Source: Octopus bimaculoides (taxonomy: Eukaryota). From it: 56,542 nucleotides of DNA. Each line of letters begins with the position of its first letter. The first letter of the stretch is position 1. Below, in pieces: positions 1 through 11,544 of the stretch. The stretch lies in contig NC_068992.1 in NCBI RefSeq assembly GCF_001194135.2, forward strand, positions 20,834,332 to 20,890,873, in the 5' to 3' direction. The notes beneath the pieces were generated by a model, which ran no database searches, was not told the DNA's origin, and saw nothing but the letters and a program-made list of their open reading frames with translations. The position numbers were made by a program, and so were the translations under genes.

Positions 1-1152
1 GAATGTTTGTTCATAAGAATGTTTTTTTTTTATATTTATATATTGGTTTAGAATGGGAGGTGGGGAGATCATGCTAGCTCACATGTTTACTTCCCTACTT
101 ATAAACAAACAAAAAATATACATGAATATATACATATACACGTACATACATGTACATACATATATACACACATATGTATACACACATATACCCATGTATA
201 CATACACACAAACATAACATAGATAATACATACATACACACATGCATACCCATATTTTTGTACATGCATTCACGCTTGTATATTTATATATACCTACATA
301 CACACGCATGCGTACACACACACACACGCACACGCACATTTCTTTAGTGGTTTGTACTTTCTAATGAAGAATTGTTCTTTATATTTCCAGACATGTTCAT
401 TGTCTGACCATAACTTAAAGAATTTTCCCTTTCCGCATGATGTGAAATGTTCACTTCAAGTGGTATTCCTGACATTATATCCTTTTTATCTAAAGACATA
501 TATCTGACATCTCATCAACAGCCCGTTCCACTAGACACACACTTAAACTCATCTTTAACATTGAAAGTTACTGAAGCTTCCCTTTATAAAATTAAGATAG
601 TTGATTCAGCCATAAGAGAATTTGAAACGCATCTCACCATTATATTTTTCACCAAAAGTCAACTACTCAAATGGAACCAATAGGAGGACACTTTCAAAAG
701 CCTTTCATAAAACACTCCTTAAACACGCTAGCGCGTCCCAACCTAAACCGCAATCAATTATCTTGTTTTTATCATTCATAATTTTCTTTCACCACTGGTT
801 CATCATCTCTCCTTCACGCCACACTTATCAACAAACCCCAACCGAACTCCAACATACCGATGTGTCTTATATGTATAGAAACACACAGCACAACACAACC
901 TAAGATCAGTTTGACAACCGCCACAGACTGATGAGAGAATGTTCTCCAGAAATGTAAACAAGGAATCTCGAAAAAATCTCCCCGCTGAAGTTAACAACGA
1001 GCTTACTAGATCTACAAACCATACTGTAAAATTATATTATGAGAAAATTAAGTTAATTCGAATTACCAGTGAAGTCATTATTTTCCCTTTTCAAGTACAC
1101 CTAACTGTACCGAGAATTTCACACATTTTCTAACAGACACACACACACGCAA

Positions 1153-1237
<85 letters not shown>

Positions 1238-1410
1238 AGGAGGGAGAGCCAAATAATATTATAAAAGGACCATTAATACCTGATTCTATGCATCTAGATT
1301 TAAGCTTTTGTCCATGTTTGTGGGTTTTTATTAGATGATATAAGGATGGATGGGAGTTGTTTTTGGATAAATAGTTAAGTCTAATCCTCTTAATCTAGTC
1401 TAGTCTTCAC

Positions 1411-1445
<35 letters not shown>

Positions 1446-1767
1446 CGTGTGCATGTGTGTGTACGCGTCACAGGAAACCTGTGCATATATAGAGAAAGCC
1501 ATATAAATCACACAATCTGATGACTAGTAAAATTAAATTTATAGTTGCGGTAAATAAGCACACACGCACATAGATATATAAAGTGTGTCTGATGGATATG
1601 TTGAATATATAAATATATAGATGTTCGATAAAATATTTGTGCAGTAACAGCATATTTGTGCATGGCTAATGTTCCTAATATGTAATTATCTATTCCTATT
1701 CTCTAACAAAACGCATCATAACTTGTATATAGTATAATTGTTAGGAAACGTACTAGATTACTGAGCA

Positions 1768-1810
1768 AATATTCTGACGTTTCGGTCATTATGAACCTTC
1801 ATAATATATC
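1768..1810 (-). ncRNA. Degenerate minimal hammerhead-ribozyme-like motif (Penelope type)
   Basis: Minus strand reads GATATAT-TATGA-A-GGTTCATAATGACC-GAAACGTC-AGAATAT. Stem II, GAAA, palindromic ACGU stem III and a GUC site are present; the CUGAUGA core and 5' stem I strand are damaged. Confidence 0.4.
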
Positions 1811-1979
1811 AATTGATTGATTGTGCGCAAATCTCATCAATAAACCAACGCGGTTATCTTACGTCAGCAACCTGATATTAGTTTCTAGCACATATTTAAT
1901 AAATGAAATCATATCCGAAATGTAAACAAGTATCAGCAAGGCATACAATCTTTATGTTGCATATACATATATGTGTGTG

Positions 1980-2091
<112 letters not shown>

Positions 2092-2201
2092 TATAAGTAG
2101 GTAGATAGATATATGTAAATTCTTTCGTGGCGCACTTAATTGTTATTTTGTTGTTAATGCTACGCGTTCATATCTGTAAATAATGACATCATAAACTTTG
2201 A

Positions 2202-2421
2202 TACTGGTTTTAAATTTTGGCACAAGGGCTGCAATTTTAGGGGAGGTGAAAGTCAATTATGTCGACCTCCACGTTGAACTGGTGCGTATTTTATCGACCC
2301 CAAAATGATGAAAAGTAAAGCTAGTCTCTGCGGCATTTGAACTCAGAATGTAAATACGAACGAAAGATGCTAAGCATTTTTTTTCCCGGCGTGGTAACGA
2401 TTCTGGCAGCTCACCGCCTAA
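2202..2421 (-). mobile_element. SINE family A copy (tRNA-derived, ~210-250 bp, octopus-type)
   Basis: Reverse complement starts TAGGCGGTGAGCTGCCAGAATCGTTACC, has a B-box-like GAGTTCAAATGCC and ends CCTTGTGCCAAAATTT. Homologous to 10 other copies in this window. Confidence 0.85.
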
Positions 2422-2448
2422 GCGTAAATATTAATCTTAAAGATACGA

Positions 2449-2662
2449 TTGGGGAGCCAGCAGAAACGTTAGCACAGCGGGCAAAAATACATAGTGATAT
2501 TTCGTCCGTCTTCGCATTCTCAATTCAAAATCCGACAAGTCCCAGTTTGCATTTCGTCCCTTCGCGTTTGATAAAATAAGTACCAATTGAGTACTGGACA
2601 GATGTAATCAACTAACGCGCTTACTAAAATTGCTGGCCTTGTGCCAAAATTTTAAATCGGTA
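2449..2662 (+). mobile_element. SINE family A copy
   Basis: GGGGAGCCAGCAGAAACGTTAGCAC...GATAAAATAAGTACCAATTGAGTACTGG...GGCCTTGTGCCAAAATTTT. Head-to-head with the 2202-2421 copy. Confidence 0.85.
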
Positions 2663-5600
2663 CTACAGATAAGAAAGTTCAACTGGATACTTGTATCCAA
2701 TAGAGACTCTACCAATAATGTGGTTACAGTTAACATCACTGCTTAATTAAATATCAGAATTAAAAGTATGTGATTATTTTCTTGGATGGTGAAAAGAACA
2801 CTTTGAGAGAGGAAGGTGCCTTCTGATGAGAAGATACATTTCAGAGAAAAGAAAATTATTGCGTACATATCAAAATTAGGTTAGCTACAAAACGCAGCAT
2901 ACATCGTATAAATATTGCTTGAAAATTATGTGCGTGACTTGATTTTCGAAAGACGTATCGAATGCAGCTGAATCCATTTTCTGCAATTTTATACGAAATA
3001 GATACGATGTTTTGTCAAGATTTAAAATTAGAAATGACAGTGGAGGTACACAGGATACAGCGTCAAGATGAGTATCCTTCACATATTCATCAATTTCTTT
3101 ATGAAATTCTAATATCTTAATATTGGACACCACTTATACTCTAAAGAAAGTTTTTATCATCAACATATATTATTCGTTTCCATGTAAGCTTAGAAAATGG
3201 AGACAGCAGTAGTTTTTGACGAAACGAAATAAAATAATGTACTTACAGAATGTATATGAATCATCGGGTGCTTTTCTAGATTCGTTAACATCGAAGAAAG
3301 AAAATCTGCTTGGAAATAATATATTCATTGATTTCTTACTTGGAATATTATATCTTTGGGGAAATACCTGGAGGTATACGAAATTCTTATCTTTATTTAT
3401 TTTCGAATATTATTTCCAAAGATAGTTTTCTCTCACACTATTCTTCACAAAAACACTGTAGATTAGATGAAACATATTCGTAAAACAAATAATTACGTAA
3501 GCCAAGTACAATTTTAGATATTCTGTCGTTAATATGTTTTAGAAGAAAAGAGAATAGATTGATATACATATTTTATATTCACTATTATAATTATTAACGG
3601 TTCTTCTGATTTCTTTTATTTTTATTTTATGCAGAATGTACGTGATAACTGATAAACAGAACCAGAGTAACTATATTTTTAATGTATGTTGGTCTATAGT
3701 TACGTACAATTACGTTCTGCGTTCTAAACGTATAAACGCTGCTTTCCGTTTCATCCTTCTGATGATTTGTAAATCACACCATTACACAAAACTTGGTTCA
3801 GTTACACTGAAAACCCCATAGCACTCTAGTTCTGTCTTTAAGCTGAAGTTGGAACTCCTTAGTACTGTGTAAGCAGAAGCCGACAATAAAATTCTTCATT
3901 AATTGAAGATATATTTCATAGATTATTTTCGTTTTGTTGTTTCTATAAGTTTTTAACCTGTTTATTAAAGGTTTTTGAGGGAATATCTGTATACCTTCTC
4001 GAACGCTATTTTCTATTAATTTACAGGCTTTTACAATGTATACAATAACAGAAATGAGAGAAGACTTTTCTCTATAAGGGGAAATTAGATTTGCACATTA
4101 TATTAATATACCGTACAATGTCTAAGACCCACCACTAATAACAAAGAAAGAAAATCTGCAAAAAATGATGGGTTTTTATTTTTTGACATTCAATGTGTTT
4201 GACTTAGCGATCTAAATTTCCCTCAACATAAACACCGTTGTTTTCTCCCAAGAAATAACACATTGAATATAGCAGAAATAGAAAAATGATGTCAATAATA
4301 TAGACGAAAATTGGAAGCTAGCAAAATTGTTCAACAGAGCTGAATGACAACGTCGCATCTTTAATAACGATGCAATAATAGAAATGAAAATTCTAAAATG
4401 TTACAGGAGTACCAATAAACAATCTGACAGTATGGAAAGGAGTCTGTAAGTAGTCGCAAATCACATCCTACCTTATATAGTGAGAAAATTCTACATAAAT
4501 ATCGTTCTACAAACTAAGGAAAGACGGGATTCTAACAGATGTATCGACTCTGGGATAGGTCTCTTCTCTCAGTACTGACCCTGGGCTAACAATAGCAGTA
4601 GTAACTATATCAGCGTTTGAAGATTTATTACATAGAAGAAAAGAAATCTTCATTTCACAGTTAAAGAATACTCGTGTTACGGGAACAAGAGATGCATCGA
4701 ACACATTGGCATGTGTTTGTTATTAGGCATTTCGGTTAATATATGCGCATGCGTCTCTGTTCTCCAGGGAAATTATTTCATGCAATTCTCAAGCTGAAGA
4801 CTTATATGAAGGTGTTTTTTTGAGTAATTTCGCGTTTTATTACTAGAACTCCTATTACAATAGGTATTGTTGAGGTAACAATTCCCTATAATGTTGCCAC
4901 TCCTATTTCAATTCCCATATTATTGCCTCTCGCACCTCAATTCTCGTGTTTTGCATTTTCTGTTTAACTACTACATTTTCTTGATTTTTTTTTCGGGGAC
5001 AAAGTGATTTTAATTGTGAATATTGTTTCTGATTTTGCAGTTTCGCTGTTCTTTGTAGAATGTATACTACTCTCTAAATGTCTCAGGCTCTGTTCTTTGC
5101 AATTGGCTATTTGCTACCACATTTATACATTAATATATTTATATTCTGTTTCAGAGTAATCAAGAGAAGGCTTTCATATGTACTTGGTATCTCTAGAGTG
5201 ATAACTAATTTTAATTGAACATACCATCCTCATCCATTTGTATAAAGTCATATTTAACACGTTCAATTGCATTCGGACGCGAGAGGACCTCCACTTATTG
5301 GACAGAGAGTGGCGTCATGGCAATGCAGGTATTTTGAACTTCTATATTTTATTCTATGTTGTTTCGTCGAATTTACTCGAACGTGCTAAATATGAGTTTA
5401 CGCGAATGTGTTTCATTCAACGCTGCTTCGTGCGACAGTATTCTACATTTCACATTGGAAGTCTACTTGTGAAGGCTTCCTGCAACCCCGACATATATTT
5501 TACTTCTCTATATCTAACACAAATATTAGCATGTTGTCTGAGGCTGTAAATGTCGAAGGATTTACTTTCCCGTCAAGGATAAGTGGTCCCATTTTAAATC

Positions 5601-7871
5601 ATTTTTTATTTTCTTATTTACGGTAGCTCATGTGGCAAAATTCGGTAGTCTTGTGGACATAGGTTTATATTTTGCAGTCCCGTTGCTGTTTATAACGCTT
5701 ATCCTCAGACCCATTGATTTCCGACAATAACCATCAACTTTGTGTATTACAGACGCAGAGTGTGCAATCCTTTTTGGCCACAAATAACAACATACTACTT
5801 TTGTGATCTACGCTACTATTTCTGCAAAGTAGAGTATAAAGCAAATCTCCCGTTGATTTTGTACAAGGGATATTTTTGTTGGGTCATAACAGGTTTTCAT
5901 CTACCAAAATATATATTACATTTATCATTATTTGAGTCAGTAGGTTTTATGTTAATCTGAAGCATTCAATCTTCAGTAGAAACACCGTTTGTCTTCTTTG
6001 ATATACAGTCACGGAGATTACATTTAATATTTTGGTTAAGCTGTCATGTAGAATTATGCTTCTGTTATTTCATCCACAATTACTAGAATTTGTCGATCTC
6101 AGGTGGTTTCTATTTTCCTTTCCAAGTTTTAGCTCCTTTGTCTAAATCCATCAATTGTTATTGATATTCACGGTCGTGCAGAAAGACCTTGTTTTGTTTA
6201 TTGGACTGTGTTCTCGTACAGTTAATTTTTCTCTCAGAATGTTTCAATTTCCATCTATTGGATAGTGCGTCTGTTTCAATTATTTTGCTCATATATTTCT
6301 CTACATAATTTCTTTCTATTTTCATTAGACATTATAGTATATGTAAACATTGCGTGGCCTTTTATTTCGAATTATTTTCTCCGTACGGTGTTGCAATAAT
6401 TAGCTGTTTAGATATCCTGCAGTTTCATTTATACCTATCTTATTTTGTTTCTTTTTTTATATTTTCTTTATTTTTGTTTGTTGATTTCATATATCAGTAA
6501 ACGGTAAGTATTTTCAGTTGCGCTTCGTCCACCTGCGTTGGGTTATTTTATTTTATTTTTTTTTTACTTTCACACTTCTTGTAAATATTCTCTTTTTATC
6601 CAGCTTTTTTCCCCTCGTCTCCAAACTGCATGCATTTTTACCATAGTTCTTTAGGACAAAGCATTTGGTCCCTGGAGATGCATAAAATAACAGTTAAAGC
6701 CACCAATTGGACTGTGCCGTTAAAGAAATAGGATGAACAAATGTAACATAGAACAAAGAACCATCACTGAACAAGTCATTTCGTTTTTGTTTGTTCTGAC
6801 ATAATTAGTGGCAATAATGCACTTAATTACGAAGGCCATCGGAATCAGCATGGCGTCGTTGCAGTGAGTGTTCATATAAAGCTACTCAACAGGAGTTGCC
6901 TCTTTTTGAGAATGCTTGATTGTGGGAAATTGCCAACATTCTGTAACAACATTAAATTCTACTTTGACAGGTTTGAGATACCTCATACAACTGTTTTAGT
7001 TTTGTTTCAGATCCCCATGAAACCTATCAATATCCACTGACTACTGACAATTTAAAAGGTTTCTTTGCTATTTCACATTAATTATAATTACTGATCTTTG
7101 CTTAAAGTTGTGATTAATTTTCATTTTCCTTTCAGCGGAAAAGGTGCGCCGTACTAACTCGCAATTAGTTTTATGTTTTTAAGTGTTATACTGTAATTCA
7201 TATTTTTTAATATTTATAATATGGACTTTTTGGTTTATGTATATGAGTGTGTGCAAAGATATATATGAATATATTTACCAGTGCTATACTGCCTAAAGTT
7301 TTGTATAAGTAAACGTTACAAATATGAAGAAGTTGTGGTGAATGAGTGAGGTTTCTTACATATGGAAAACGAAGGTGACCTTCGATTTTGGACGCTACAT
7401 TCGTTTGTATGGAGAGAGAGAGAGAGACAGAGAGAGACAGAGAGACTGAAAGAGAGAAAGAAAGAGAATAGTGTCCACACGCTTAGAACACAACAAAGCG
7501 ACATTTTCAACTGCATATTTGTATGAAGTACAGATCAGAGTTTTGTACTTTATTAAAATTACTAAATGTCAATCCTCAAAATATTGTATTTCCAGTGAGG
7601 ACAGTGATTTGTTCCAGCTTCTTGTTCATGACAAAAATCGTAGGCTACATCATACATGTGATTACAAACTCTCAAATTTCACAACTTGCGTACTAAACAC
7701 AGCAATGTCACTCGGTACACTGCATCGTGAAGGTTACTACCAGCTCTTACTGCGCACGGAACTAAGTGCTTCCAACTATTGGTGCATTACAGAGCTAGTC
7801 CGCGAACGTTTTGATATACCTCGTATTCGTTATATACTTTGGTAGGGATAATTTCAAGATTGTTTATATTC

Positions 7872-8025
7872 ATTATTTACATTATTTACATTTGAGGGAT
7901 ATTTGTCCTCATCGTATTTGTTGTTTACACAATGTTTCGGCTGATATACCCTCCAGCATTCATCAAGTGTCTTGGGGAAATTTCGAACCCGATTTCTCAT
8001 TTTTAAGGTAATTTTGATGTTGTTG

Positions 8026-8069
<44 letters not shown>

Positions 8070-8135
8070 ATCACTGACTTGAATCGAACTCGGAATCTTG
8101 GGGTTAGTAGTTCGGGCTCTTAGCGACTGCGCTAT
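7872..8135 (-). mobile_element. tRNA-headed short retroelement with (AAT)n linker and hammerhead-bearing tail
   Basis: Minus strand order: A-box TAGCGCAGTCGC (8123-8134), B-box GAGTTCGATTC (8081-8091), (AAT)n/(AAC)n (8017-8066), then a ~145-bp tail containing a hammerhead motif and ending AAATGTAAATAATGTAAATAAT. Confidence 0.8.
7927..7971 (-). ncRNA. Minimal type I hammerhead ribozyme motif, mutated copy
   Basis: GACAC-TTGATGA-A-TGCTG-GAGGGTATAT-CAGCC-GAAACATT-GTGT. Stem I (ACAC/GUGU) is intact; C3 is changed to U, the first stem II pair is mismatched and ACGU is changed to ACAU. Confidence 0.65.
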
Positions 8136-8142
8136 GTATATC

Positions 8143-8321
8143 GCGTGGTGGTTAAGTATTAGTATTAGTATTACTATTATAACAACGAAAAATACCTTAG
8201 GAATGAGAACACGGGTTCGAAATTTCCTGATGAAGGCTGGGGGTATATCAGTCGAAACGTTTTGTTGACAAGAAAACAAGATGAGGACAAATATCCGTCA
8301 AATATAAATAATGTAAATAAT
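8143..8321 (+). mobile_element. Second, head-truncated copy of the hammerhead-tailed element
   Basis: A-box remnant GCGTGGTGGTTAAG (8143-8156), short AT-rich linker, then a tail (8180-8321) that is the reverse complement of 7872-8016. Confidence 0.8.
8227..8261 (+). ncRNA. Minimal hammerhead catalytic core, intact core but stem I deleted
   Basis: CTGATGA (8227-8233)-A-GGCTG/GGGGTATAT/CAGTC-GAAA-CGT-T. Core, stem II and palindromic ACGU are intact; ~10 nt containing the 5' stem I strand are missing relative to the left copy. Confidence 0.7.
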
Positions 8322-9125
8322 TTCAAAATTGTTTACATTGTTTACTCAACGTTCGAGTTCTTTCATGATAACTTTTCACATTTAGCAAAAGATTCTAATC
8401 CTAAACTATGGATATTTCTTAAGCTGTATTGTATTATTCAAACGTGATGATTCATTTTTAAAATCATGTTACACTCTATCCAAATCCTCCTTTGTTAGAA
8501 TCCACCAAAAATGTGACATGACATTTGTGATGTCCGGCTGTAATTCTCACGTTTCATTACGTAACTATGAACATCATATTTTTTTTTCTCATTTTACAAG
8601 CTGAAAGCTCATAACCTAACTGTATAATTTTATAATTTTTAGTTAGTATAAATTTTAGTAGAATTATTTCAACGTTTCCGTTTCTATCTAGAGTTCAAAA
8701 TGATTAATGATTGCTATCAATTCAACACTAAAAAACAAAAATTAAATGTTACAATTGCATGTGTAAATGGATTTTTTTCATCAACTGACGCTTTCAACTT
8801 TTCATCATAATTTTTATCCAGGAATTGATATAAAACATTAATTATCATTTTGAATGATAATTAATATTTTATATCAATTACTAGATACAACCACAAAAAA
8901 GACAGCTGGAACTCATACATAGATGATATTACGCTAACATCTGCTGTGTCTACTCTTGAACCACTACAAAATTATTCCAACACTACTTCAATGACCTAAA
9001 TATCCAGCTCTACAGCAACCGATTTAAAGAAACACAGAAACCACTGACTATTCTTCTTACCGGTAAGATTAGAGAATACCAAAAACCAACCCTCACAATT
9101 TATACCATGAATATACCATAGGCAT

Positions 9126-9181
<56 letters not shown>

Positions 9182-9654
9182 NNNNNNNNNNNNNNNNNNN
9201 NNNNNNNNNNNNNNNNNNNNNNNNNNNNNNNNNNNNNNNNNNNNNNNNNNNNNNNNNNNNNNNNNNNNNNNNNNNNNNNNNNNNNNNNNNNNNNNNNNNN
9301 NNNNNNNNNNNNNNNNNNNNNNNNNNNNNNNNNNNNNNNNNNNNNNNNNNNNNNNNNNNNNNNNNNNNNNNNNNNNNNNNNNNNNNNNNNNNNNNNNNNN
9401 NNNNNNNNNNNNNNNNNNNNNNNNNNNNNNNNNNNNNNNNNNNNNNNNNNNNNNNNNNNNNNNNNNNNNNNNNNNNNNNNNNNNNNNNNNNNNNNNNNNN
9501 NNNNNNNNNNNNNNNNNNNNNNNNNNNNNNNNNNNNNNNNNNNNNNNNNNNNNNNNNNNNNNNNNNNNNNNNNNNNNNNNNNNNNNNNNNNNNNNNNNNN
9601 NNNNNNNNNNNNNNNNNNNNNNNNNNNNNNNNNNNNNNNNNNNNNNNNNNNNNN

Positions 9655-9694
<40 letters not shown>

Positions 9695-9705
9695 CATACA
9701 TATAT

Positions 9706-9870
9706 ACGACGGGCTTCTTTCAGTGTCCGTCTACCAAATGCACTCACAAGGCTTTGGTCGGCCCGAGGCTATAGTAGAAGACACTTGCCCAAGGTCCCAC
9801 GCAGTGGGGCTGAACCCGGAACCATGTGGTTGGTAAGCAAGCTACTTACCACACAGCTACTCCTGCACCT
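9706..9870 (-). mobile_element. SINE family C (tRNA-derived, CORE-like segment)
   Basis: Minus strand: AGGTGCAGGAGTAGCTGTGTGGTAAG...CCGGGTTCAGCCCC (A/B-box-like)...GACCTTGGGCAAGTGTCTT (resembles the CORE motif GACCTTGGGCAAGT)...GAAAGAAGCCCGTCGT followed by (AT)n. Confidence 0.8.
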
Positions 9871-9940
9871 ATAAGCTACTTACCACACAGATACTGCTGG
9901 GCCTATAGCTACTTGCCACACAGCTACTCCTGCGCCAATA
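9841..9940. repeat. Three tandem 33-34 bp copies of the family C SINE 5' end
   Basis: Units at 9841-9874, 9875-9907 and 9908-9940, consensus GCTACTTACCACACAGCTACTCCTGCRCCTATA. Confidence 0.9.
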
Positions 9941-10764
9941 TACATATTAAAATACTCATGCCAACACAAACCAGACACACGAACAAATATAATAATATGG
10001 GTTACAGACACGAATTCGAACATTTACAACATATGTGGAAACCACAACAAAGAATATTTTATGCTCGTGCATTCATAAAGCTCTATTCAACAAATAATAA
10101 CAATAAGAATGCCGTACAGCGATACATTTGATATATAACGATCTTTAAATGTTCAACCTGAGCTTGCAATCTCTGCAAAGAAAAGTGCTTTCCATTTTCA
10201 ATTTTGAGACCTGTAGAGCCTGATGCAACATTTTCGTCAATTGGTTTTCAGTTCTAACAAGTTAGTAAAACCACACACGCGCATATACATATGTGTATAT
10301 GAATATGTGTACGCGTGTGGTTATTTCTGGGTGTAGATAACTGTTACACGATTTTACAGACGATTTTGTTGGTTATAACATCGGGTTTTTTAATATTAGA
10401 TAACTTCTATGTAAATCAGAAGAATAATATGTCAAAATCTCCTTTCATTCTGGGAGCGAAGCAATCCTACTATTAATTAACGTGAATTCGGATCAGTATA
10501 ATTTTAATTGAATTACAGCGTTATACTCCATCAGTTTAATAATCTCACACCTGATTGTACAGGTGCTACTAAATTTGGAAGTGAAATGCGATATGTGTAT
10601 ACACATATTGCAATACAATGCCAAAATTCACCCGCGAACAGACACATCTAAATTGAACACATAGTTACAGACATGAAAGATTAAAGCAAAAAATATTAAC
10701 ATTGATCGTAGTCACCTATTTTAATAAAGCGTGTATTTCATTACATACATATACTTATACAGTG

Positions 10765-11146
10765 TGCAGGTACAATGGCCCAGTGGTTTGGGCAGCGGAC
10801 TCGCGATCATAGGATCGTGCTTTCGATTCCCAGACCGGACGTTGTGAGTGTTTATTGAGCAAACACACCAAAAGCACCACGAGGCTCCAGAAGGGGATGG
10901 TGGCGAACCCTGCTGTACTCTTTCACCACAACGTTCTCTCGCTCTTATTTCCTGTTTCTGTTGTGCCTGTAATTCAAAGGGTCAGCCTTGTCACACTGTG
11001 TCACGCTGAATATCCCCGAGATCTATGTTAAGGGTACACGTGTCTGTGGAGTGCTCAGCCACTTGCACGTTAATTTCACGAGCAGGCTGTTCCGTTGATC
11101 GGATCGACTGGAACCCTCGACGTCGTAAGCGACGAAGTACCAGCAA
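10765..11146 (+). mobile_element. SINE family B (~380 bp, tRNA-like head)
   Basis: A-box TGGCCCAGTGG and B-box-like TTTCGATTCCC. Homologous along its length to the minus copy at 19996-20343. Ends at an N gap. Confidence 0.85.
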
Positions 11147-11544
11147 NNNNNNNNNNNNNNNNNNNNNNNNNNNNNNNNNNNNNNNNNNNNNNNNNNNNNN
11201 NNNNNNNNNNNNNNNNNNNNNNNNNNNNNNNNNNNNNNNNNNNNNNNNNNNNNNNNNNNNNNNNNNNNNNNNNNNNNNNNNNNNNNNNNNNNNNNNNNNN
11301 NNNNNNNNNNNNNNNNNNNNNNNNNNNNNNNNNNNNNNNNNNNNNNNNNNNNNNNNNNNNNNNNNNNNNNNNNNNNNNNNNNNNNNNNNNNNNNNNNNNN
11401 NNNNNNNNNNNNNNNNNNNNNNNNNNNNNNNNNNNNNNNNNNNNNNNNNNNNNNNNNNNNNNNNNNNNNNNNNNNNNNNNNNNNNNNNNNNNNNNNNNNN
11501 NNNNNCAGGTGGGTAAGTGCTGTAACGGATTACCAGGGCTCCAA

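Noticed and set aside
447-683. ORF faintly resembling a PLE GIY-YIG region (HQQPVPLDTHLNS)
   Set aside because: No diagnostic motif is convincing; the similarity is too weak to call.
2823-2850. CTGATGA-GAAG...TTTC hammerhead-like start
   Set aside because: No GAAA directly after stem II, and no stem III or stem I.
2885-3133. 82-aa minus ORF with protein-like composition
   Set aside because: An in-frame TAA follows the nearest good acceptor, and I recognise no family.
4502-4704. BTB-like phrase YKLRKDGILTDV (+) and the 65-aa minus ORF
   Set aside because: The phrase is flanked by stops with no usable splice sites or further BTB motifs; likely chance.
8067-8135. tRNA-like sequences here and at 9810-9870, 10770-10835 and 20280-20340 as tRNA genes
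   Set aside because: They lack a proper acceptor stem and run directly into repeat bodies, so they are SINE heads.
9841-9940. 33-34 bp repeats as a CRISPR array
   Set aside because: The units are contiguous with no spacers, derive from a SINE head, and lie in a eukaryotic context without cas genes.
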